DNA from: an uncultured bacterium
GTDB lineage: Bacteria > Krumholzibacteriota > Krumholzibacteriia > LZORAL124-64-63
Reading direction: 5' to 3'
DNA length: 64,000 nucleotides
Assembly (NCBI GenBank): GCA_903912525.1
Contig: CAIWHK010000049.1
Coordinates: 21,269-85,268, forward strand
The notes under the pieces were generated by a model. It had not been told where the DNA came from. It made no database searches and saw nothing but the letters and a program-made list of their open reading frames with translations. This document shows positions 38,971 to 49,196 of the stretch, one piece after another (the stretch's first letter is position 1; the number at the start of each line of letters is the position of its first letter). The translations under genes and the position numbers were made by a program.

Positions 38971-40259
38971 TTCCGCGCGGCGATTTCCTGCGGGCCCCCG
39001 CCGGGGTCGAGCCCTGCGACGGCCAGGCAGGCGACTGCTCGCGCTGCGGTCGCATCTTCTCCGAGCGCTTCCCGCTGCTGGAGCGCCGGGTGAACGGACG
39101 CCCGCTGGTCTACCTGGACAGCGCAGCCACGACGCAGAAGCCCGGCGCGGTCATCGCCGCCGAGGCGCGCTACTACCGCGAGCACAACGCGAACGTGCAC
39201 CGCGGCATGCACACGCTGGGCGTCGAGGCGACGGACCTGTATGAAGAGTGCCGCTCGCGCGTCGGGCGCTTCCTGGGCGTGCCGGCCGATCGCGTCGTGG
39301 TCACGCGCGGTGCCACGTCGGCGCTGAACCTGGTGGCCGGCGGCCTGGGGCCGTCGCTGAAGCCGGGCGACGAGATCATCGTCACCGAGATGGAGCACCA
39401 CGCGAACCTGGTGCCGTGGATCGAGGTCGCGCGCCGCGAGGGCCTGGTGCTGCGGCACCTGCCGGTCACCGCGGGCGGCGAACTGGACCTGGAGCGGCTG
39501 CCGCAGCTGCTGACCGCGCGCACGCGCGTCGTGGCGCTGACGCACGTTTCCAACGTGCTGGGCACCATCAACCCGGTGGCCGAGGTCGCGGCCGCGGCGC
39601 GCCGGCGCGGGGCGCTGGTCGTCGTTGACGCCGCGCAGTCGGTGGGGCACCTGCCGTTCACGTTTGACGAGCTGGGCGCCGACTACCTGGTCTTCTCGGC
39701 CCACAAGGCCTACGGGCCGATGGGCCTGGGCTTCCTGGTGGGCGGGGCCGAGGCGCTGGAGCGCCTGCAGCCGGTGGAATTCGGCGGCGAGATGATCGAG
39801 ACCGTGACCATGGATTCGGCCACCTGGGCCGCGATCCCGCAGCGCTTCGAGGCGGGCACGCCGAACGTGGGCGCGGCGGCGGCCTTCCCGGCGGCGCTCG
39901 ATACCATCGACGAGGCCACGCTGCAGCGCCTGCGGCAGCACGAGATCTCGCTGACCGCCTATGCGCTCGAGCGCCTGGAGCGGATGGGCGGCCTGACCAT
40001 CTTCGGTCCGCGCGAGGCCGAGCGTCGCGGCGGCCTGGTCAGCTTCCACGACCCGATGGTGCACCCGCACGACATGGCGCAGCTGCTCGATTCGCTGGGC
40101 ATCGCCGTGCGCGCCGGGCACCACTGCGCGCAGCCGCTGCACCGCCGGCTGGGCGTCGTGGCGACGAGCCGCGCCTCGTTCGGGATGTACAACTCGCACG
40201 ACGACATCGACGCGCTGGTCGACGGCATCGGCTACGCAAGGAGCGTGTTCGGGGCATGA
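38967..40259 (+). CDS. sufS: cysteine desulfurase SufS (with a roughly 26-aa N-terminal extension carrying CDGQAGDCSRC)
   Basis: 'LVYLDSAATTQKP', 'SAHKAYGPMG', 'RAGHHCAQPL'; ATGA overlap with sufD. Confidence 0.9.
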   Translation: MIPRGDFLRAPAGVEPCDGQAGDCSRCGRIFSERFPLLERRVNGRPLVYLDSAATTQKPGAVIAAEARYYREHNANVHRGMHTLGVEATDLYEECRSRVGRFLGVPADRVVVTRGATSALNLVAGGLGPSLKPGDEIIVTEMEHHANLVPWIEVARREGLVLRHLPVTAGGELDLERLPQLLTARTRVVALTHVSNVLGTINPVAEVAAAARRRGALVVVDAAQSVGHLPFTFDELGADYLVFSAHKAYGPMGLGFLVGGAEALERLQPVEFGGEMIETVTMDSATWAAIPQRFEAGTPNVGAAAAFPAALDTIDEATLQRLRQHEISLTAYALERLERMGGLTIFGPREAERRGGLVSFHDPMVHPHDMAQLLDSLGIAVRAGHHCAQPLHRRLGVVATSRASFGMYNSHDDIDALVDGIGYARSVFGA

Positions 40260-40732
40260 ACGCCGGGATGGACGAACTCTACCGGGAAGTGATCCTGGAC
40301 CACCACCGCAGCCCGCGGGGGCGCGAGCCCCTGCCGGGCCCGGCCGACGCGCGCGCCGAGGGCAAGAATCCCTCGTGCGGCGACGAATTGACCCTGGAGC
40401 TGGCCTGTGCCGGCGGCGCCATCACCGACGCCCATGTGGAGTGCCGCGGCTGCGCCATCGCCACAGCCAGCAGCTCCATCCTGGCCGAGCTCGTGGCCGG
40501 CCGCACGCCCGAGCAGGCCCGCGCCCTGGCCGAGGCCTTCCGCACGGCCATGCACTCGCCCGACGGCGCGCTGGCCGACGAGCTGGATCCCGGCGACCTC
40601 GAGGTGCTGACCGGGGTCCGCAAGTTCCCGGCGCGCGTGAAGTGCGCGTTGCTGCCCTGGATCACGCTGCTTTCCGCGCTCGACGCGGAGGGCGAAGGCA
40701 AGCCTGCCGCACCTGCATCGACGGAGGCCTGA
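40256..40732 (+). CDS. sufU: SUF-system NifU/IscU-like sulfur-acceptor scaffold (SufU)
   Basis: 'NPSCGDELTLEL', 'VECRGCAIATASS', 'KCALLPW'. Confidence 0.85.
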   Translation: MNAGMDELYREVILDHHRSPRGREPLPGPADARAEGKNPSCGDELTLELACAGGAITDAHVECRGCAIATASSSILAELVAGRTPEQARALAEAFRTAMHSPDGALADELDPGDLEVLTGVRKFPARVKCALLPWITLLSALDAEGEGKPAAPASTEA

Positions 40733-40734
40733 CG

Positions 40735-41052
40735 ATGAGCAAGCTGACACAGGCGGCGGTCATCGAGGCCGTTCGCCCCGTGATGGATCCCGAGCTCAAC
40801 CTGAGCATCGTCGACCTGGGCCTGCTGCGCGAGGTCGAGATCGAGGAAGAGGAAGGGCACGTCACCCTGGGCCTGACCCTGACCAGCCCGATGTGCCCGA
40901 TGGGCCCCCAGATCATGGAAGCCGCGCGAAACGCCGTCCTGCGGATGCCGGGCGTGAAGTACTGCGGCGTCGACCTGGTCTGGTCGCCGCCCTGGGACCC
41001 GCGCGTGGACGCCTCCGAGGACGCGCGCGCCGAACTGGGCATCTGGGACTAG
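40735..41052 (+). CDS. sufT: DUF59 / SufT-like Fe-S assembly factor (MIP18 family)
   Basis: 'VMDPELNLSIVDLGLL', 'LTSPMCPM'. Confidence 0.75.
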   Translation: MSKLTQAAVIEAVRPVMDPELNLSIVDLGLLREVEIEEEEGHVTLGLTLTSPMCPMGPQIMEAARNAVLRMPGVKYCGVDLVWSPPWDPRVDASEDARAELGIWD

Positions 41053-41102
41053 GCCCCTGCTCGTCGGTTGACGCCCCGCGCCCGTTCCCCGATATTTGGC
41101 CG

Positions 41103-42851
41103 ATGAACGCCACCTCTGGAAAACGATCGCTTGGCGCGCGCCAGCCATCCCTGTGGCTGGTGCTGTTGCCGATGCTCTTGCCCATGATCCTGGCCGTGCT
41201 CGTCTACCGCGAAGTCGGTCGGTACGGGTTCGTCAACTTCGATGACGATATCTACGTCGTCCAGAATGAACAGGTCATGGGCGGACCCACGTCCGCCAAC
41301 CTGGCCTGGGCGCTGACCGCCCGGCACGGCGATGTCTGGGTGCCGGCCACCTGGTGGTCCTTCCAGGTCGATGCGGCGATCGGCGGACCCGAACCCGCGA
41401 CCTTCCATATCACGAACCTGCTCCTGCACCTGCTGAACATCGGGTTGGTGTTCCTCATTGCCCGGCGCCTGGGCGGCGGGGCGTTCGCCGCCACAGTGGC
41501 CGCCGCGCTGTTCGCCATCCATCCGCTCAACGTTGAGGCCGTGGCCTGGGTGACCGCCCGCAAGGACGTGCTGATGGGTGCGTTCCTGCTGGGCGCGGTG
41601 CTGGCCTGGCTGTCGCTGGCGGGCCGGCGCCGGCTGGCGGTGACCGCCGTCCTCGGCGTCCTGGCGATGATGGCCAAGCCGGCGGCCGTTGTCCTGCCGC
41701 TGCTGCTGCTGCTGGTCATGTTGTGGGAGGACCGGCGCGGCGGACCGGTTTCCGCATCGGGGAGCGCGACGCGCTGGCGCTCGCGATGGCCCCTCCTGGC
41801 GCTACTCACGGTCGCGGCTGTCGGTGTTTCGATCGCCACCGTCCATCTGGCGCGGAACGGCGACATGGGTGCGCCGCTGCCGGTCAGCGCCGGGCAGCGC
41901 GCGCTGGATGCCTCCTCGGGCGTCGGCCGGTACCTCGCGCGCCTGGTCTGGCCGCACAACCTGGCCGTGCGGTATCCCGCGCCGGACCTGGTGGTCGCCG
42001 CGCCGCTGGCGATCGGCTTGAGCGCGCTGTGGCTGGCGTTGACGGCGCTGCTGGCGTGGAAGCGCCAGCGGGCCCCGCTGGCCGCCCTGGCCTGGTTCTG
42101 GTTCCTGGTTTGTCTTTTGCCGTCGATCGGCCTGGTCCAGGGCGGGCAGTTGCCGATGGGGGATCGCTACGTCTACCTGGGCGCCATCGGCCTCTGGATT
42201 GCGGGCGCCGTGGCGCTGGAACGGGCGACCGCGGCTCGGATCGGGTTGCGCCGGGTGGCGATGGTCGTGGTCGCCGTGGCGGTGGCAGGGCTGACGATCG
42301 GCGCCAGTCGGCAGGCGACGGTCTGGAGGAGCGGTGAAACGCTCTGGCGCCACGCGTTGGCCGTGACCCGTGACAACGACGTCGCGCACCAGAACCTGTC
42401 CGTGCTCCTGGACGCCGCAGACAGGGACGACGAAGCGCTGATGCACCTGGACGCGGCTCTCGCCATTCGTCCCCACAGCGAGACGAACTTCAACAAGGCG
42501 AACCTGTTGGCCGCCCTCGGGCGCATGCCGGAGGCAGAGCAGTGCTACCGCACGGCGCTGCGGCAGAACCCGGGGCTGTATGAAGCGTCGCTGAACCTGG
42601 GCTCCCTGCTGGGCATGCAGGGGCGCTTTGACGAGGCGCGCGCGGTGCTCCTGGCCGCTGCGGCGAAGCAGCCGAACCTGGCGCCCCTGCAGTACAACCT
42701 GGCGGTGGTGGCGGCGAAGCAGGGGGACTGGGCGGAGGCGACGGCGCGCTGTCGGCGGGCGCTGGAGCTGGATCCGTCGCATCCGGGGTCACGTGAACTG
42801 CTGGCCAGGGTTGGGGCCGCGGCGGCGCGGCCGCCTGCGGCGGGGCAGTGA
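41103..42851 (+). CDS. TMTC/PMT-like (GT39-like) multi-TM protein with C-terminal TPR repeats
   Basis: N-terminal about 11 TM with a loop-1 acidic motif 'VNFDDDIYVVQNEQV'; C-terminal TPR repeats ('...ALAIRPHSETNFNKANLLAALGRMPEAEQCYRTALRQNPG...'). Confidence 0.6.
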   Translation: MNATSGKRSLGARQPSLWLVLLPMLLPMILAVLVYREVGRYGFVNFDDDIYVVQNEQVMGGPTSANLAWALTARHGDVWVPATWWSFQVDAAIGGPEPATFHITNLLLHLLNIGLVFLIARRLGGGAFAATVAAALFAIHPLNVEAVAWVTARKDVLMGAFLLGAVLAWLSLAGRRRLAVTAVLGVLAMMAKPAAVVLPLLLLLVMLWEDRRGGPVSASGSATRWRSRWPLLALLTVAAVGVSIATVHLARNGDMGAPLPVSAGQRALDASSGVGRYLARLVWPHNLAVRYPAPDLVVAAPLAIGLSALWLALTALLAWKRQRAPLAALAWFWFLVCLLPSIGLVQGGQLPMGDRYVYLGAIGLWIAGAVALERATAARIGLRRVAMVVVAVAVAGLTIGASRQATVWRSGETLWRHALAVTRDNDVAHQNLSVLLDAADRDDEALMHLDAALAIRPHSETNFNKANLLAALGRMPEAEQCYRTALRQNPGLYEASLNLGSLLGMQGRFDEARAVLLAAAAKQPNLAPLQYNLAVVAAKQGDWAEATARCRRALELDPSHPGSRELLARVGAAAARPPAAGQ

Positions 42852-42857
42852 GCGGGG

Positions 42858-44243
42858 TCAGTCGGCGTCGCGTTCCTCGGCGGAGAACAGCGCGCGCAGG
42901 GTCTCGAGGTGGCGCGCGCGTTCCTCGCGCGACTCGGAGTTGCGCAGCGACGACATCGAGCGCCCGAGCACCTTCTTGATGAACAGCTGCAGGTTCTTGT
43001 CGACCTCGTCGGCCAGCTCGTCCGACTGCTTCTTGCGGACGAATCCCACCTGCTTGTCCTTCAGCTCTTCCAGGTAGGCGCGGAACTCGGCCACGGTCGG
43101 CCGCATATCAATATCTTCCAGCCACTGCCCGAATTCGGCCAGTTCCTCGCCGATCAGGCGCTCGGCATGCGGGATCTGCCCGCGCCGCGCCGCCAGGTTG
43201 CCCTGCACGATTTCGTCGAGGTCCTCGAGCCCGAACACGAACACGTTGCCGATCTTCGCGACATCCGGGTGGATGTCGCGCGGCACCGCGATGTCCAGCA
43301 TGAACAGGGGCAGGCCGTGGCGGTCCTTCACGGCGGCCTGGACCATCGCCGGCAGGATGACCGGTTCGGTGGCGCCCGTCGTGCTGAGCACCACGTCGGC
43401 GTTCGCGATGGCGGCGCCCAGTTCGTCCCAGGGGCGGGCGATGATGCGGCTGTCGGGCCCGCGCAGGGCGCGCGCGCTGTCGGCGCTCTCGCCCTCGATG
43501 TCGAGGTCGGCCTCGACCAGCTGGCGCGACTGCTCGTCGCGCAGCGTGGCGGCCAGCGCCTCGGCGCGCTCGAAGCTGCGGTTGACCACGGTCAGGTGGC
43601 CGATGTCGTGCTGCAGGAAGTGCCGCGCGGCCAGTGCGCCGGTCTCGCCGGCGCCCACCAGCAGCGCCCGGTGCTTGCCCAGGCGGTCGAAGAACTTGCG
43701 CGACAGCTCGACCGCGGCGAACGCCACGCTCACCGCTCCCGTCGAGATCCGCGTCTCGGTGCGCACGCGCTTGCCGGCGCGGAAGGCACCCTGGAAGGCG
43801 CGCAGCAGGCCCGGCCCCGGCTCGTGGTGGGCGCGCGCCAGGCGGTAGGCGTCCTTCAGCTGGGCGGTGATCTGCGGCTCGCCCAGCATCATGCTTTCCA
43901 TGCCCGAGGCCAGCCGGTACAGGTGCGCGATGGCCTCGAGGCCGTCCAGGCGCAGCGCGTGTTCCGAGAAGAACACCTCGCAGTCGGCACCGATCGCCGC
44001 GAGGGCTTCGCGCAGGATGGCGTCGGCGTCGGCGCCGTCCTTTACTTCCAGGTAGATCTCGGTGCGGTTGCACGTCGAGACCGGGATCACCGACACGCAG
44101 GCGGGCTCGCTCGCGGAACCGGCGCTGAGGGCGTCCATCAACTCGACGGCGCGCTCCTCGGTCAGGTGCGCGCGCTCGCGCACGGCCGTCGGCGCGGTCT
44201 TGTGGCTGATGCTGCGGACATGCAGGCTGGTCGCGCCGGCCAT
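42858..44243 (-). CDS. hemA: glutamyl-tRNA reductase
   Basis: 'VIPVSTCNRTEIY', 'GEPQI', NAD-binding 'LLVGAGETG'. Confidence 0.9.
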   Translation of the reverse strand: MAGATSLHVRSISHKTAPTAVRERAHLTEERAVELMDALSAGSASEPACVSVIPVSTCNRTEIYLEVKDGADADAILREALAAIGADCEVFFSEHALRLDGLEAIAHLYRLASGMESMMLGEPQITAQLKDAYRLARAHHEPGPGLLRAFQGAFRAGKRVRTETRISTGAVSVAFAAVELSRKFFDRLGKHRALLVGAGETGALAARHFLQHDIGHLTVVNRSFERAEALAATLRDEQSRQLVEADLDIEGESADSARALRGPDSRIIARPWDELGAAIANADVVLSTTGATEPVILPAMVQAAVKDRHGLPLFMLDIAVPRDIHPDVAKIGNVFVFGLEDLDEIVQGNLAARRGQIPHAERLIGEELAEFGQWLEDIDMRPTVAEFRAYLEELKDKQVGFVRKKQSDELADEVDKNLQLFIKKVLGRSMSSLRNSESREERARHLETLRALFSAEERDAD

Positions 44244-45178
44244 CACCGCTCCCCGGTCAACAGGTGGTTGGCGGCATACGCCGGCGCATCGGCGCGCGGC
44301 GAAGCGACGGCCGAGGCGTCCATGGTCGGGAACTTGTGGAACGTCGGGAAGAAATGGTGCACCGCGCCCATGCCCACGACGATCGTCACGAAGGCGGCGA
44401 CGGCCATGATGTTCATGCGCCGGCCGCGCCAGCCCAGGAAGCGGTGGCCGGCCAGGCCCGCGGTGTAGCCCAGGAAGATGACCCACGAGAAGAGGATCTT
44501 GGCGTCCCACGGCGTCAGGGCCTTGGCCAGGCGCGGGTCCAGACCCGGCCGGTCGGCCAGGTCGTACATCCACAGGTGCCCCAGCGCGAGCGCCAGGAAC
44601 AGCAGGGGCACGCCCATCTCCACCGAGACAACGCTCATGCGCTCGAGTGTCTCGAGGGCCGGCAGGCGCCGGAACAGCAGGCCGAACCGGCGGCGCATCA
44701 GCTGCCGCGCCAGCACCAGGTACAGGATGGCGTAGAGAAAACTGAGGCTCAGGGCCGTGTACGACAGCAGCACCAGCACGGCGTGGCCGGCAAAGCCGGG
44801 GTCGCTCAACAGCGGGTTGACCTGCGCGGCGCCCGGTTCGAAGATCGCCGAGCTCAGCATCATCAAGCCCGCCGCGCCGGTCGTCAAGAAGCCGGTATTC
44901 TTCGCGCGCAGGCGACGTTCGACCACCAGGTAGGTGCCCAGGAGGGCCAGCGCCAGGGCGCTCATGAACTCGGCCTGCGTGCCCATCGGCAGACGCTGAA
45001 GCGCCACGCCCCGAATCACCATCACGCCCATGTGCAGGATCACGACGGCGGCCGCCGCGCGCGAGCAGGTGCGCCGCGCCACGGGATGCTCGGTGTAGAA
45101 CAGCCACAGGTAGTCGGCCCACACCGCCAGGTAGAGGATCGGCAGAAGGATCGTCAATACGGTCACCAGCGCGGTCAT
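44243..45178 (-). CDS. cytochrome c assembly / CcsA-like membrane protein (HemX-type partner of hemA)
   Basis: 8-TM protein immediately upstream of hemA with ATGA overlap. Confidence 0.6.
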   Translation of the reverse strand: MTALVTVLTILLPILYLAVWADYLWLFYTEHPVARRTCSRAAAAVVILHMGVMVIRGVALQRLPMGTQAEFMSALALALLGTYLVVERRLRAKNTGFLTTGAAGLMMLSSAIFEPGAAQVNPLLSDPGFAGHAVLVLLSYTALSLSFLYAILYLVLARQLMRRRFGLLFRRLPALETLERMSVVSVEMGVPLLFLALALGHLWMYDLADRPGLDPRLAKALTPWDAKILFSWVIFLGYTAGLAGHRFLGWRGRRMNIMAVAAFVTIVVGMGAVHHFFPTFHKFPTMDASAVASPRADAPAYAANHLLTGER

Positions 45179-46680
45179 CGCGCCACCTCCGCGGACAGCG
45201 GCCGCGCGCCCGTCAGCGCAGCCAGTATCTTGTCGGCAACAGCCTCGGACTCCTTGACGCACGCGTTCACGGCGATGCCCCGGTAGGCGCTCCCCGCGAA
45301 CCACAGCGACCCATGCCGGGCGGCCGCCGCGTCGATGGCCGCCAGCCGGGCCAGGTGTCCCGGGACATATTGCGCGATCGCGCGCGCGTGGCGAATGATA
45401 TTCACAAGCTCGGGCTCGCCGCGCAGGCCCAGCAGCGGACCGAGGTCGGCCAGCATGCGCTTCACCAGTTCGTCGTCGCCCAGCGTCATCACGCCGGGAT
45501 TGCCCGCGCCGCCGGCCATGCAGCGCAGGAGCACGCGACCGTCGGGCGCCAGGCCCGGGAAGATGCTGCTGCTCCAGAGCACGCCCAGCGCCGTGCGCTT
45601 CTCCTGCCCGGGCACCAGCAGGCCGAAGCCGTTCAGGTCGTGGTCGACCTTGTCGCGCGGGTAGCCCAGCGCGATGACGGCCATCGGGGCGTAGGGGATG
45701 GCGGCCAGGTCGGCCGACAGGGCGGGGTCCAGCGCGGCCGTGTGGCGCGCCGCCGCGTGCGAGGGCGCCGCGTCGAGCACCGCCGTGAAACCGCCGCGTT
45801 CGCCGCCGGGCCAGCTGACGCGCCAGCCGTCCGCGTCGCGGGTGATCGCCGAGACATCGGCGCCGCGCACCACCTCGGCCTGCGCGTCCTCGTCCAGCGC
45901 GCGGGCCAGCCCGTCGACCAGCACGGCCATGCCGCCGTCGAACGAATGCAGCACGCCGGTCGGGCCCGCGTCGGTGCGGCGGCCCTTGCGGCGCTTCTCG
46001 CGGCCCAGGGTGATCATCGCGCGGAACAGGCCGCCGTGGTCGCGTTCCAGCTCGACCATGCGCGGGAAGGCCGCCGCCAGGCTGAGTTGCTTCGACTCGC
46101 CGCCGAACACGCCCTTGACCATGGGGTCGAGCATGACGTTCGCGAACTCGCGGCCCAGCCGGCGCTCTCCGAAGCGGTCAATGGTTTCGTCGGTGGCCAG
46201 GTCGGTCGCGGCCCGGCCCAGGTCCTTGCGGCCCGGCACCAGCAACTCGCCCGCCATGCGCAGCTTGCCGCGCGTGGACAGCATCTTCGAGGACAGGAAG
46301 GCCTTCGGCGACAGCGGGATCTCCTGCAGCTTGCCGTTCACGAGCAGGAACCGCCGGCGCGTGGCATCGCTACTGCGGAGAAGGCGCGGCCGCAGGCCCA
46401 GCCGGTCGACCAGCCGCAGCGTGGCCGGCTCGTTGTCGAGGAACCCGTTCGGGCCCCACTCGAACTGCCAGCCGCCCTGGTTGAGGGTGCGCAGGTTGCC
46501 GCCGGTCTCGGTGTCCTTCTCGAACACCGTCACCGACAGGTCCACGCCCTGGGCGCGCGCGCGGTCGCGCAGCGCCAGCGCCGCGGCCAGCCCGGCCACG
46601 CCGCCGCCGATCACCGCGACCTTGAGCCCTGTTCCGCTGAATTCCTGTCCGCTGGATTTTTGTCCGCTTGCCTCAGGCAT
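45175..46680 (-). CDS. hemY: protoporphyrinogen oxidase (HemY-type FAD oxidase)
   Basis: FAD motif 'VAVIGGGVAGLAAA'; about 500 aa; located between hemH and ccsA-like. Confidence 0.8.
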   Translation of the reverse strand: MPEASGQKSSGQEFSGTGLKVAVIGGGVAGLAAALALRDRARAQGVDLSVTVFEKDTETGGNLRTLNQGGWQFEWGPNGFLDNEPATLRLVDRLGLRPRLLRSSDATRRRFLLVNGKLQEIPLSPKAFLSSKMLSTRGKLRMAGELLVPGRKDLGRAATDLATDETIDRFGERRLGREFANVMLDPMVKGVFGGESKQLSLAAAFPRMVELERDHGGLFRAMITLGREKRRKGRRTDAGPTGVLHSFDGGMAVLVDGLARALDEDAQAEVVRGADVSAITRDADGWRVSWPGGERGGFTAVLDAAPSHAAARHTAALDPALSADLAAIPYAPMAVIALGYPRDKVDHDLNGFGLLVPGQEKRTALGVLWSSSIFPGLAPDGRVLLRCMAGGAGNPGVMTLGDDELVKRMLADLGPLLGLRGEPELVNIIRHARAIAQYVPGHLARLAAIDAAAARHGSLWFAGSAYRGIAVNACVKESEAVADKILAALTGARPLSAEVAR

Positions 46681-47788
46681 CGACACCCCTCCGCCCGAAC
46701 GCCGCCGCGGCCAGGTGCGCCGCCAGCGAGTCGAGCCACCCCGCATCCTCGTTCAGCGCCGCGCCCCGCGCGAAGCCGTGCAATCCCGCCTTCTCGGCCG
46801 TTTCCTTCAGCTCGACGTCGAGTTCGAGCAGCGTCTCGATGTGCTCGCAGGTGAAGCTGACCGGCTGCACGAACAACCGCTTGCAGCCCGCGCCCGCGAT
46901 ACGCTTCGTCTCGGCCTCGACGTTCGGCTCCAGCCAGCGCACCGGGCCGACCCGGCTCTGGAAGGTGATCGCCGGCTCGGCGCCGCCAGCCATCAGCGCG
47001 CGCATCCACTCGGCGAAGCCCGCTGCGGCAACCGCCGCCGTCACCTTCGCGTGCACCGCCGCCACGGTCGCGCGCGTGCGTTCCTCGTAGCAGTCGCCCC
47101 GCTGGATGAACGAATACGGCAGCGAGTGCGCCACGTAGAGCAGGGCCGAGGTCTTCGGGTCCTCGCCGGCCGCGGCCCAGGCGATGACCTGCGCCGCCGC
47201 CGGGGCGGCCAGCGCCTCGATGAAGCCCGGCAGCAGGTGCCAGTCGGCCATCACGTGCACGGGCGCCGTGGTCGCCATGCGCTTCAGCGAGTCGAGCACG
47301 AAGTCGAGCGTGCTGCCGTTGGTGGCCGCCGAGAACTGCGGGTACATCGGGATCACGATGTACTGCTCGGCCCCGCCGCGCATCAGGCGCGACACGGCCT
47401 CGTCCGGGTACGGCTGCCAGTAGCGCATCGCGATGTCCGGGGTCACGTCGTAGCCGCCCGCGCGCAGCCGCTGGGCCAGCAGTTCGCCCTGCCGGCGCGT
47501 GGTGGCCAGTTGCGGCGTCACCGAGTCGGGGCTGACCATCAGGTACCGCTTGCGCACCTCGGGCGAGCGCTTGCGCGCGATGCCCCAGCCGATGATCGGC
47601 GCCAGCAGCGGCGGCACCGGGAAGATCTGGGGATCGCGGAACAGGTTGCGCAGGAAGGGCTCGACGGCGGTGGGCCCGTCGGGCCCGCCCATGCCCGTCA
47701 GGATCAGGCCGGTACGACGCGCCGGGTCCAGGCGCGTGGCCTGGTACCCGGCGATCTTCCCGGCGAGCGACGAGCGTTTCGAGGCCAT
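46673..47788 (-). CDS. hemH: ferrochelatase
   Basis: 'ILTGMGGPDG', 'PMYPQFS', 'HSLP'. Confidence 0.9.
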   Translation of the reverse strand: MASKRSSLAGKIAGYQATRLDPARRTGLILTGMGGPDGPTAVEPFLRNLFRDPQIFPVPPLLAPIIGWGIARKRSPEVRKRYLMVSPDSVTPQLATTRRQGELLAQRLRAGGYDVTPDIAMRYWQPYPDEAVSRLMRGGAEQYIVIPMYPQFSAATNGSTLDFVLDSLKRMATTAPVHVMADWHLLPGFIEALAAPAAAQVIAWAAAGEDPKTSALLYVAHSLPYSFIQRGDCYEERTRATVAAVHAKVTAAVAAAGFAEWMRALMAGGAEPAITFQSRVGPVRWLEPNVEAETKRIAGAGCKRLFVQPVSFTCEHIETLLELDVELKETAEKAGLHGFARGAALNEDAGWLDSLAAHLAAAAFGRRGVDA

Positions 47789-47789
47789 C

Positions 47790-49166
47790 TCAGACGGTCC
47801 TCGAGAACAGGGGCTTGTCGCCCGCGCCCGCGAGGTAGGCGTCGAAGATCATGGCCACGTTGCGCACGAAGTAGCGGCCCTTGTCGGTGATGTGCAGCCC
47901 GAAGTCGTCCGCCGTGACCAGCCCGTCGGCGACCAGCGGCGGCAGCGCCGCGAGTTCGCCGGCCAGCAGGCGGTCGGCCGGGGCGCCGAAGGCGGCCTCG
48001 GTCAGCTTCCAGGGCAGCTCCAGGTTGCACATCACGTTCAGGATGACCAGGCGCCGCATGCGGTCGTCGTCGTTCAGCTTGTGGCCCTTGACGATGGGCA
48101 GCCTGCCGGCGTCGATGGCCGCGCCCCACGGCTCGAGTTCGGCGTCGTTCTGCACGAAGCGGTCGCAGACGTCGCCGATGCCGCTCATGCCGAAGGCCAG
48201 CATGTGCGGGGCCGGCTTGGTGGCGTAGCCCATGAAGTTGCGGTGCAGCGCGCGGTTCTCGAGCGCCACCGACAACTCGTCGCCCTTCTTGGCGAAGTGG
48301 TCGATGCCGATCCAGGTGTAGTCGGCGTCCTTGAACAGGTCGACCGTCAGCTGGAACAGGGCGAACTTGTCGTAGCCGCCCAGCATGTGCGTCGTGTCGA
48401 CCTTGTTCTGCAGCGGCCGCACCCAGGGCACGTGCGCGTACGAGAAGCAGGCCACGCGGTCGGGCTGCAGGCCGATGATCTCGCCCAGCGTATGCGTGAA
48501 CGACTCGCGCGTCTGGCCGGGCAGGCCATAGACCAGGTCGACGTTGACGCCGGGGAAGCCGGCGTCACGGCAGCCCTGGTACACGTTCAGCGTGCGCTCG
48601 CGGCCCTGCCGGCGGCCGATGGCCACCTGCACGGTCTCCTCGAAATCCTGCACGCCCAGGCTGATGCGGTTGAAGCCGGCCGAGCGCAGGAAGGCCACCT
48701 GCTCGGGCGTGGCGATGCGCGGGTCGATCTCCAGCGAGACCTCGGCGTCGGGCGCCAGGTCGAACGCGCCGCGGAACATCGCCAGGGCGCGGTTCACCTC
48801 GGTCTCACTGAGGTAGTTCGGCGTGCCCCCGCCCCAGTGGAACTGCACCACGCGCCGGTTCGTGCCGATCAGCGCGGTGACCATCGCCAGTTCCTTCTCG
48901 ACGCGGTCGAGATACTCCGTGACGGCGTTCTTCTCGCGCGTGACCAGCGCATTGCAGCCGCAGTAGAAGCAGTGCTTGGCGCAGAAGGGCAGGTGCAGGT
49001 AGATGGCCAGCTCGTCGCCGGGCTTCTGCGCCAGTTCGGCCAGCGCCTCGCGGTACTCGGCGTCGCCGAAAGCCTGCTTCCAGGCCGGCACCGTCGGGTA
49101 GCTCGTGTAGCGCGGCCCGGCGGTATTGTACTTCTCGACGAAGTCGGCCGGTATGTTCAAGGACAT
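47790..49166 (-). CDS. hemN: oxygen-independent coproporphyrinogen III oxidase (radical SAM)
   Basis: 'YLHLPFCAKHCFYCGC', 'GGGTPNYL'. Confidence 0.9.
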   Translation of the reverse strand: MSLNIPADFVEKYNTAGPRYTSYPTVPAWKQAFGDAEYREALAELAQKPGDELAIYLHLPFCAKHCFYCGCNALVTREKNAVTEYLDRVEKELAMVTALIGTNRRVVQFHWGGGTPNYLSETEVNRALAMFRGAFDLAPDAEVSLEIDPRIATPEQVAFLRSAGFNRISLGVQDFEETVQVAIGRRQGRERTLNVYQGCRDAGFPGVNVDLVYGLPGQTRESFTHTLGEIIGLQPDRVACFSYAHVPWVRPLQNKVDTTHMLGGYDKFALFQLTVDLFKDADYTWIGIDHFAKKGDELSVALENRALHRNFMGYATKPAPHMLAFGMSGIGDVCDRFVQNDAELEPWGAAIDAGRLPIVKGHKLNDDDRMRRLVILNVMCNLELPWKLTEAAFGAPADRLLAGELAALPPLVADGLVTADDFGLHITDKGRYFVRNVAMIFDAYLAGAGDKPLFSRTV

Positions 49167-49196
49167 GGTCGTCCGTCCTTACGCTCTGTCGTTCTA

